DNA from: Eledone cirrhosa
Lineage: Eukaryota
Direction: 5' to 3'
NCBI GenBank assembly: GCA_964016885.1
Contig: OZ024741.1
Coordinates: forward strand, 37,138,001 to 37,202,000
Length of the DNA: 64,000 nucleotides
The notes below the pieces were generated by a model, which saw nothing but the letters and a program-made list of their open reading frames with translations, searched no databases and was not told the DNA's origin. The position numbers were made by a program, and so were the translations under genes. This document shows, one piece after another, positions 53,656-64,000 of this stretch; the first letter of the stretch is position 1, and each line of letters starts with the position of its first letter.

Positions 53656-56600
53656 GTGACACCTACATGACCACTTTACAGTGTGGGCTGGGTGGTTTTT
53701 GCTGTGACACCTACACAACCACTTTACAGTATGGGTTGGGAGCTTTTTGTTGACACCTACATGACCACTTTACAGTGTGGGCTGGGTGGTTTTTGCTGTG
53801 ACACCTACACGACCACTTTACAGTGTGGGCTGGGAGCTTTTTGCTGTGACACCTACATGACCACTTTACAATGTGAGCTGGATGCTTTTTGTTGTGACAC
53901 TTACACGACCACTTTACAGTGTGGGCTGGGAGCTTTTTGTTGACACCTACATGACCACTTTACAGCATGGGCTGGGTGCTTTTTGTTGTGACAGCTACAT
54001 GACCACTTTACAGTGTGGGCTGGGAGCTTTTTGTTGACACCTACATGACCACTTTACAGCATGGGCTGGGAGCTTTTTGTTGACACCTTCACGACCACTT
54101 TACAGCGTGGGCTGGGAGCTTTTTGTTGACACCTACACAACCACTTTACAGTGTGGGCTGGGAGCTTTTTATTGACACCTACATGACCACTTTACAGTGT
54201 GGGCTGGGAGCTTTTTGTTGACACCTACATGACCACTTTACAGCATGGGCTGGGAGCTTTTTGTTGACACCTTCACGACCACTTTACAGCGTGGGCTGGG
54301 AGCTTTTTGTTGACACCTACACAACCACTTTACAGTGTGGGCTGGGAGCTTTTTATTGACACCTACATGACCACTTTACAGCATGGGCTGGGAGCTTTTT
54401 GTTGACACCTTCACGACCACTTTACAGCGTGGGCTGGGAGCTTTTTGTTGACACCTTCATGACCACTTTACAGCATGGGCTGGGAGCTTTTTGTTGACAC
54501 CTACACAACCACTTTACAGTGTGGGCTGGGAGCTTTTTATTGACACCTACATGACCACTTTACAGTGTGGGCTGGGAGCTTTTTGTTGACACCTACATGA
54601 CCACTTTACAGCATGGGCTGGGAGCTTTTTGTTGACACCTTCACGACCACTTTACAGCGTGGGCTGGGAGCTTTTTGTTGACACCTACACAACCACTTTA
54701 CAGTGTGGGCTGGGAGCTTTTTATTGACACCTACATGACCACTTTACAGTGTGGGCTGGGAGCTTTTTGTTGACACCTTCACGACCACTTTACAGCATGG
54801 GCTGGGAGCTTTTTGTTGACACCTTCACGACCACTTTACAGCGTGGGCTGGGAGCTTTTTGTTGACACCTTCACGACCACTTTACAGCATGGGCTGGGAG
54901 CTTTTTGTTGACACCTACACAACCACTTTACAGTGTGGGCTGGGAGCTTTTTATTGACACCTACATGACCACTTTACAGTGTGGGCTGGGAGCTTTTTGG
55001 TGTGACACCTACATGACCACTTTACAATGTGAGCTGGATGCTTTTTGTTGTGACACTTACACGACCACTTTACAGTGTGGGCTGGGAGCTTTTTGTTGAC
55101 ACCTACATGACCACTTTACAGCATGGGCTGGGTGCTTTTTGTTGTGACAGCTACATGACCACTTTACAGTGTGGGCTGGGAGCTTTTTGTTGACACCTAC
55201 ATGACCACTTTACAGCATGGGCTGGGAGCTTTTTGTTGACACCTTCACGACCACTTTACAGCGTGGGCTGGGAGCTTTTTGTTGACACCTACACAACCAC
55301 TTTACAGTGTGGGCTGGGAGCTTTTTATTGACACCTACATGACCACTTTACAGTGTGGGCTGGGAGCTTTTTGTTGACACCTACATGACCACTTTACAGC
55401 ATGGGCTGGGAGCTTTTTGTTGACACCTTCACGACCACTTTACAGCGTGGGCTGGGAGCTTTTTGTTGACACCTACACAACCACTTTACAGTGTGGGCTG
55501 GGAGCTTTTTATTGACACCTACATGACCACTTTACAGCATGGGCTGGGAGCTTTTTGTTGACACCTTCACGACCACTTTACAGCGTGGGCTGGGAGCTTT
55601 TTGTTGACACCTTCATGACCACTTTACAGCATGGGCTGGGAGCTTTTTGTTGACACCTACACAACCACTTTACAGTGTGGGCTGGGAGCTTTTTATTGAC
55701 ACCTACATGACCACTTTACAGTGTGGGCTGGGAGCTTTTTGTTGACACCTACATGACCACTTTACAGCATGGGCTGGGAGCTTTTTGTTGACACCTTCAC
55801 GACCACTTTACAGCGTGGGCTGGGAGCTTTTTGTTGACACCTACACAACCACTTTACAGTGTGGGCTGGGAGCTTTTTATTGACACCTACATGACCACTT
55901 TACAGTGTGGGCTGGGAGCTTTTTGTTGACACCTTCACGACCACTTTACAGCATGGGCTGGGAGCTTTTTGTTGACACCTTCACGACCACTTTACAGCGT
56001 GGGCTGGGAGCTTTTTGTTGACACCTTCACGACCACTTTACAGCATGGGCTGGGAGCTTTTTGTTGACACCTACACAACCACTTTACAGTGTGGGCTGGG
56101 AGCTTTTTATTGACAGCTACATGACCACTTTACAGTGTGGGCTGGGAGCTTTTTGCTGTGACACCTACATGACCACTTTACAATGTGAGCTGGATGCTTT
56201 TTGTTGTGACACTTACACGACCACTTTACAGTGTGGGCTGGGAGCTTTTTGTTGACACCTACATGACCACTTTACAGCATGGGCTGGGTGCTTTTTGTTG
56301 TGACAGCTACATGACCACTTTACAGCGTGGGCTGGGAGCTTTTTGTTGACACCTACACAACCACTTTACAGTGTGGGCTGGGAGCTTTTTATTGACACCT
56401 ACATGACCACTTTACAGCATGGGCTGGGAGCTTTTTGTTGACACCTTCACGACCACTTTACAGCGTGGGCTGGGAGCTTTTTGTTGACACCTTCATGACC
56501 ACTTTACAGCATGGGCTGGGAGCTTTTTGTTGACACCTACACAACCACTTTACAGTGTGGGCTGGGAGCTTTTTATTGACACCTACATGACCACTTTACA

Positions 56601-56750
56601 GTGTGGGCTGGGAGCTTTTTGTTGACACCTTCACGACCACTTTACAGCGTGGGCTGGGAGCTTTTTGTTGACACCTACATGACCACTTTACAGTGTGGGC
56701 TGGGAGCTTTTTGTTGACACCTACATGACCACTTTACTGTGTGGGCTGGA
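53641..56750. repeat. 46-bp minisatellite (~67 copies) with a 1156-bp higher-order repeat
   Basis: Unit GACACCTACATGACCACTTTACAGTGTGGGCTGGGAGCTTTTTGTT; diagnostic variant CAATGTGAGCTGGATGC at 53869, 55025 and 56181. Confidence 0.95.
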
Positions 56751-57281
56751 TAGAAATGAAAAATAACTGAGACATCAGAATTTGTGAAGACTCATAAATC
56801 ATCAAGAGCTATAATATGATAGATTGAGAGTAGAGACTCAATAGATGTTCATCAGGTGATTATAATGTCGTTAAGGGTAGTGGCTTGATAGTGGATTCTA
56901 GATCTTGTGGTCATGTGTTCAATTCATGGACTAGATGGCACATTGTGTATTTAACCGATTAGCATTTACATTACTCTATATATACTATTATATTTTCATG
57001 GTAAAAGATTTACCTTACATAATTATCTCACATAATATCGAATCTATGATATTTTGATATTATTTATTTTGAGAACAATACCTTAACATTAGTTGAGCAG
57101 CTGTTTACAGCCGGTTTGAACAGAATGAGGTGAGAATTCTGGCTAGACATGGCTAGTTTAAACGCTAAAGGGTTAAGCAAGGCACTTCATTTCATGTTGC
57201 CCTACTTCACTCAGCAAAATGAAGCAGCTGGGAATGAAGCACCATCCTGATAAACCTCTGAACTCAGAAGAGACTGTAATT

Positions 57282-57982
57282 TTAACCCCTCCATTACCAT
57301 ATTTCTAATGAAGGACATTGCCTGATTTTTTAATAATTTAAAAAGTGATCAAGAATTTGGAGGTATTTAGTAATATAATTAACTTTCCCATTATCTAACT
57401 GGTATTTAGAACATAACTTAACACTTTTGTTACCGTATTTTCAAAGAAATACATTCTATTTCAATTAATTCATGAAAGGTTTTACTAAAATTTCTAATAA
57501 TTTTATTATGAAGATGGTAACTTACTATTTGGATCTTATGTAAAATTATGTTGGAAAATATTAATTTAAAAAGTAACACTTAAAATTGGGTAGCTCTGTG
57601 TCATAGAACAAGAGCTGGTTTAACCCTTTAGCATTTACATTACTCTATATATACTACTGTATTTTTGTGGTAAAGGCTTTATCTTACATAATTATCTCAC
57701 ATAATATCGAATCTATGAGATTTTGATATTATTTATCCTGGGAACAATACCTTAACATCAGTATGAGTGGCCTGTTATAGCTGGTTTGAACAGAAAAAGG
57801 TGAGAGAATTGTGGTCGGATATGGCTAGTTTAAATGCTAAAAGGTTAAGGCAGTTTGGTAATGAAAGGGTTAAGGTTTCTTATGTAGAATTATTAAAGTT
57901 ATTAGCTAAAGACTTTAAAACAAGCAGTTCTGTATTGTAGAACCAGGGGAAATTTCAGGCGGTTTGGTATTAGAAGGGTTAA
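57282..57982. mobile_element. triple-nested TTAA MITEs (57282-57982 > 57418-57873 > 57620-57848)
   Basis: Each layer is bounded by TTAAC..GTTAA. Confidence 0.7.
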
Positions 57983-58174
57983 CTTACTTAACCACCACTT
58001 GTAGAAAGAAAGAAATGGTCAGTGATATAAACTAGATAAAATAAATGTATAATGTTTTATTTTCATTTTTTTTTTTTTAGAAAGCTGAAAACTACAAGCA
58101 TGTTTTAAACAAACTGGAAAAAAAAGAGTAATTGAATAAAAATTGGCATCTGAGTCAGAAAGATATTTTGGGAG

Positions 58175-58229
<55 letters not shown>

Positions 58230-58253
58230 CATATATGTATATATGTATATGTA

Positions 58254-58349
<96 letters not shown>

Positions 58350-59124
58350 CATACATATATATATATGTGTGTATATATATATATATGCACATCCTGTAGA
58401 CTGATAGCTTGTGTTACTTCAACTATGTCTTCATTAAGAGATTTTACACTGATAATTGAAATGCCATCTGTCAAATTGATGTGGAACAACTCACACACAC
58501 ACACAAGTCCCACGTTTCATCCACACAACCGTTTTTGTAATCCTTCATGTTGATTTTATTTTTATTCATTTATCTATTTATTTATTTATTCACTTCTTTT
58601 TTTTTTTACTGTGATGTGCAAGATAGAAAACTGCTCTGGTGATCCATATGGATGAGGAATGCTGGGTGAAGAAGTCCCAGGTGATGCCAGTGGAAAAAAG
58701 CTGCAGTAGAGGAAGACATACAAACAACTGCAAAGAGATAGTTAGAACTGATTTGAGAGGAGATGAAAGAAAGCTGCAAGTAGAGGGAGGCTGTGCTGGA
58801 AAGGACATGTCCAGTCTATACAAACATAGAAATATGACATAAAATGATGATATAATGATGAGGATGTTTTGTTTTGGAATGAACAGCAGTGTTCATGATA
58901 CTTTACACAGTCACTGAGATTGGTGGGGAAGGAGAAATGAAGGGTTTCTCAAACTGGAAACCTAATCTAAATACTTGCAACAGAATGGACTCTGCTAAAT
59001 GTTCCAAAGGGTCAGGTGTTGGTGGTTTTAAACTGGGGATAGATTAAGTCTACTGTTCTGTCACCTGGTTAATGTAAAAGCATGTTCAGGTTTTATCTTA
59101 CTGATGGGACACTCTGACTATAGA

Positions 59125-59540
59125 ACAGGCAGTATCAGTTGAGCGTTTGACAAAAAGCTTTGTGGCACAGAGTTACGTCCCTTTACGTTCAAATCCCTCT
59201 GAGTTCAAATCCCGCTGAGCTTAGCTTTGCCTTTCATCCTTATGGAGTCGATAAAATAAAGTACCAGTAACACGCTGGGATCGATTTAATCAACTTTCTC
59301 CTCCCAAAATTGCTGGCCTTGTACCTAAAACAGAACTCATTATTTAATATACGGTGGATTGGCAGTATCGGTAGAGGGTCGGACGCCATGCTTTGACATA
59401 CAGAGTTACGGCCCTTGCCATTCTGAGTTCAAATTCCGCCGAGGTTAACTTTGCCTTTCATCCTTACAGGGTTGATAAAATAAAGTACCAGTAATGCACT
59501 GGGTATTTGCTGGCCTTGTGCCAAACGTAGAAACAATTAT
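59125..59540 (+). mobile_element. two tandem Nin/Deu-domain tRNA SINEs
   Basis: Two copies of GAGTTCAAAT.CCGC.GAG..CTTTGCCTTTCATCCTTA..GATAAAATAAAGTACCAG. Confidence 0.75.
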
Positions 59541-60065
59541 TTAATATACCCTAACATTTTAAGATGGTAAGATATGATTTCATGGAAATTTGATTGTTAT
59601 TTCTAGCAGGACACGAAGCTACATAGAGGCTTCTTCCTTTGATTGTTCATGATTAGTTAGTTGATATTGTTTAGTCCCCAATAAACCCCAAGCAAACCTA
59701 TGATCAAAGGCATTCCAGTCATGATCACGCTGTCATGTTTTTCAATCAAAGTTTGCTCTAGCTCACAAAAAGATCATCAAACTTTTTTGGACCACCACCC
59801 CCACCTCATGGCCAGGTAATACCTTCAGTGCCCCTTGGACCTCTCAATGCCCTCTGGGGGACAGTAGCACCCACTTTGAGAACCTCTCCATTAGTATAAC
59901 TGCTAAATGTTTAACCTTTTCATTACTATATTTCTAATGAAAGATACTGCCTATAACCTACAAATCATTTTGAAAATAATAAAAAATTTGGAGGGATTTC
60001 GTAGTATAACTAACTTTCTCTTGGTGTTTGGAGTATAACATAAAATTTGCTATCAAAAGGGTTAA

Positions 60066-61381
60066 TCATCATCATCATCACCGTTTACGTCCGTTCTTCC
60101 ACGCTACCATGGGTTAGACGGGTTGTCCTGTTGTGGGCAGTGTCTGGTCGGCTGACCATGCGTTGCTCATACAGGAACTGATTTGGCTTGATTTCTACAG
60201 CTGGATGCCCTTCCTAACACCAACCTCATTTACAGTGAGTGCTGGGTGCTTTTTCGTGGCGCCTACACGTCCACTTTACAGTGTGGGCTGGGTGCTTTTT
60301 TGCCGTGGCACCTCCACGACCACCTTGCAGTGGGGTGTGTGGGGGCATATTGTCTATATGCTTCAGCTTGTACCCATGGGAGGTCGGGTACTCTGTATTA
60401 CTGTGTGACACCAGAAGTTACGGTCGTGTGTCATTGCCTTTGAGAGGTGTAATTGGGTAAGGTCGGCTTTTATCACCTCATCCCAGGTCATCTTGGGTCT
60501 CCCCACTCCGCGGTTTCCATCGACTTCTAGTGCTCTGCACCTTTTTATGCAGCTGTCATCCTTCATACGCATCACATGTCCATACCAGCGCAACCGCCTC
60601 TCCTGCACACAGCATTTGATTCCTCTTATGCTCAGTCTCTCTCTCAATTCATTTATGCTTTGTCGTTCACGTATATTACTGTTACACATCCATCGGAGCA
60701 TGCAGGCTTCGTTTCTCTCTAATCTACGTAAGTCTTCCACCTTCAGCGCCCAGGTCTCACTACCATGCAACATCGCTGTTCGGATACACGCATCATACAG
60801 TCTGCCTTTCATTCTGAGGGAGAAGCCTTTTGCAGCTAGCAGTGGTAGTAGTTCCCTAAACTTCTTCCATCCCGTTCTTACCCTAGTTATTGTACTTTCT
60901 GAACACCCACCTCCGCTGCTAATTCGGTCACCTAGGTAGCAGAAGCTGTCTACTGTTTCTACAGAGCCCTCCCAGAGATTGGTGGTACTTGTTTCCTGTG
61001 GCTGTTTGCTGCTTGCTGTCCCAGCACAGCTGCTGCGTGTGAAGCCTACATTCTTAATTAAGCTTCCTGAGATCCCGCTACATCTCTTGTGTACCCATTG
61101 TTTGCATTTGGGGCAGAGAATGGAGTTCCTACCTACACCTTTCCTACATACTGAGCAAGGCCATTTCCCTGATGGGATCTGGGTTCTGTTTTCTCGTCTA
61201 CTTACAAGGACCTTAGTCTTTGTCATGTTGACTTTGAGACCCTTTCTTTCTAGTCCTGGAATTTCTTCTCTAGTTCTACCATAGATTCAGCTATAAGTGC
61301 GAGGTCATCAGCATACAGGAGTTCCCATGGGCATCCGGTCTTCAACTCCTCCGTTATTGCCTGCAGGACTATGATGAACCA
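60066..61381 (-). mobile_element. 5'-truncated RTE LINE
   Basis: ORF 60363-61226 (KTKVL, CSVC..CPKC..HKRC, FCYLGD, HGSETW, RLRWYGHV); upstream WELLYADDL; 3' UTR and (GAT)n tail. Confidence 0.92.
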
Positions 61382-61587
61382 GATGAACTAAATGTAACCA
61401 GATTTTTCATCTCAACATATATAGATGCCAGCATGGTTGTATAATTATGGAGTCCACTTTGCAACCACATAGTTTCAGGTTTGGTCTCACTGTATAGCAC
61501 CAAGGTCAAGTGTCTTCTACTGTAGTCTCAGACTGACCAATGCCTTTGAATGAAATTAGAGATGGAAACTGTAAAGAAACCTGTTTT

Positions 61588-61663
<76 letters not shown>

Positions 61664-61873
61664 ACACTGTAAATGTGGTTGGTGTTAGGAAGGGCATCCA
61701 GCTGTAAAAAACCTGCCAGAGATGCTTCCGTGCGAGCGAGACATTCCCACATCAAATGGAACAAAACCGTCTAACCCATGCTAGCGTGGAAGATGAACAT
61801 TAAACGATGATGATGTCATCATCATCATCAACGTTTTTACATCCGTTTTTCCACGCTTGCATGGGTGTATATA

Positions 61874-64000
61874 CAGTGGGTCCTCGATATATGGTAGTTC
61901 TTTATCTGGTAAATTCACAGATACGGTTTTGGGTAATTACTACCATCAATTCTATTTACGGTAAAAAAAATTCAGATACGGTTTTTGGTCGTGTTTTGTT
62001 TATATTGTACCATAACGCCACCTGTAGTAAGCAATAAATTCCCCTTTCAATTCACGGAAACTGACTGCTATTCGAATTCTAGGAAAATTGTGTTACTACT
62101 GCTATCGTACTAACTGACCTTACCGAGAAACTGGCCAATCATGAGCGAGTTCAGATATCGGTCGATAACGTCATAACTCTTAACTGATCACTTCAGTTCG
62201 GCAAACTAGCGTGTCCTCTCAGTGAGAGAATTTTTACCGAACTGAAGTGATCAGTTAAGAGTTATGACGTCATTCAAAGTAAGAGACAACCTGACAGCAT
62301 GTTTTTGGAGCATAATTATCACGGCATATCTTATAATATCTCATGGTCCCAAAACGTCCTGTGAATATTGCTGATGCAGATCGAAAGGCCACACGCATGA
62401 GGAAGAGCCTGACTTTGGAGATAAAGCTGGACATTTTGAAAAGGAAGGAACAGGGGCAAGGCATGTCCGCCATAAGTCGTAACTTAGGCCTAGCCTAGTC
62501 TACAGTCTGGACTGTTTTAAAAAATAGTGAGGCTGTTAAAAAAGCTGGGGAGAATGCTACGAGTCTACAGAGTAAATTGTTGACCAAACATCGTGAGCCA
62601 ATTATGGATAGGGTGGAAAGGTTGCTCAAAATTTGGACCGACAACCAAAATCGTCAAAATATGCCTCTGTCTTTAAATGTAATCAGTGAGAAAGCATTGT
62701 CCATTATTGACAGGCTCAAGACTGAAATGAGGGTAGAGGATTTTGTATTCAAGGCAAGCAAAGGATGGTTTGATAAGTTCAAATGACGTTCGAGTCTTCA
62801 CAACATAAAAGTTACAGGTGAGGCTGCCAGTTCCAACAAAGAGAGTGCTGAAAAATTCAAGGCAGAGTTAGAGAAATGCATTGCAGAGAAGGGGTACAGC
62901 AAAAAACAGGTTATTAATTATGATGAAACAGGACTTTATTGGAAAAAGATGACCAGTAATACTTATATTGACAAGGAGGAGAAAAGTGCGAAGGGGTTCA
63001 AAGCCTCAAAGGACCGCGTTACTCTGTTACTTGGAGGGAATGCAGAAGGAGATTTAAAGCTAAAGCCACTCATTATCTACCATTCTGAAACTCCAAGAAC
63101 ACTCAAGGGGTTACTTAAGCAATACCTACCAGTGATATGGAAGTCTAATAAGAAGGCATGGCTGATCACTTCAATTCACCAGGATTTTTTCACCTCATAT
63201 GTCACCAACCCTTAAGGAATATGCATTAGCTAACAACATTGCCAACCATTTTCTGCTATTAATGGACAACGCCCCCAGCCACCCACGGGCAATAGAAGAC
63301 TGGTCAGAAAATATTGAGGTTTTGTTTCTCCCCCCAAACACCACAGCTCTCATTCAGCCGATGGATCAAACAGTCATCAAAACATTTAAGGCATACTACC
63401 AGCGGAGAACCATGCAGCAGCTGATAAAGGGCACAGATGGGCCTGACAAGCCCACGATCAGGGAATGGTGGAAATTGTACAACATCAAGCACGGCTTAGA
63501 CAACATCAAGGCATCTTGGGAAGAAGTGAAGCAGTCTACCATGAACTTGGCCTGGAAGTAATTATGACCCGCATGTGTGAATAACTTCCAAGGCTTTGCT
63601 GAGGACATTGGTGCGATAAAAAGAGATATTGTAAATCTCTGCCATAGAGCTGGCTTCGATGGTGTTAATGATGATAATGTGCAAGACCTTTTGGAAAGCC
63701 ACGCTGAACCACTTTCCAATGATGAACTCATAGAACTAGACATGGCGATACAGGAGACAGAAAAAGAAGGAGAGGAGGAAGAAGAACCTGTGCGTAGCTT
63801 GGACATAAAAACTCTAAGAGAATGTCTCGGGAGTATCGAAACAATCTTAGAAACCCTGAAGGAGCATGACCCCAACCCTGCTAGGAGCAGCAAAGTGGCT
63901 CAAGACGTCGAGAAAAGCATCAAGATTTACCAAGATATGTATGAAGCCAAAAGAAACACAGCCAAACAGTCCTCCATCTACTCTTTCTTCGAGCCAGTCA
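61874..64000 (+). mobile_element. Tigger/pogo (Tc1-mariner superfamily) DNA transposon, right end outside the window
   Basis: TA + CAGTGGGTCCTCGATATA left terminus; decayed transposase downstream. Confidence 0.88.
62343..64000 (+). pseudogene. pogo/Tigger transposase (CENP-B-type HTH domains + DDE_1) with stops and a frameshift
   Basis: MVPKRP..RKSLTLEIKLDIL, FKASKGWFDKFK, YDETGLYWK, KDRVTLLLGGNA, LLMDNAPSHP, LPPNTTALIQPMDQ; in-frame TAG/TGA/TAA and a frameshift near 63210. Confidence 0.9.

Noticed and set aside
53641-56750. CRISPR-like regular array
   Set aside because: Head-to-tail 46-bp units without unique spacers, no cas genes, eukaryotic context; the unit derives from a SINE/LINE tail
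62343-64000. Domesticated TIGD/CENP-B-like host gene
   Set aside because: In-frame stops, a frameshift and a retained TA-CAG terminus indicate a decayed transposon

Overview
Eukaryotic, AT-rich, repeat-saturated intronic/intergenic DNA. No host protein-coding gene can be confidently identified. The mix of tRNA-derived CORE- and Nin/Deu-domain SINEs with RTE-type (GAT)n tails and huge (TA)n/(CA)n tracts resembles a coleoid cephalopod (Octopus-like) genome; this is an inference. Recognisable elements: a near full-length Tx1/L1-clade LINE (37.65-43.43 kb) and a 5'-truncated relative (26.6-29.8 kb); an R4/Dong-type LINE in (TAA)n (9.5-11.4 kb); several RTE LINE fragments; CR1-type 3' ends; two Penelope-like (RT + C-terminal GIY-YIG) elements (15.75-20.26 kb); a decayed Tigger/pogo transposon running off the right edge; TTAA- and TA-flanked MITEs; a 2.7-kb pentamer satellite; and a 3.1-kb SINE-tail-derived 46-bp minisatellite with a 1156-bp higher-order period. 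The most interesting signal is a (TA)n-embedded cluster at 13.5-21 kb (plus a unit at 34.5 kb) carrying at least four distinct type-I hammerhead ribozyme motifs. It includes a non-coding ~520-bp partial-tandem/inverted unit that looks like a Penelope-mobilised retrozyme (candidate circRNA replicon) with an unusually long stem II.
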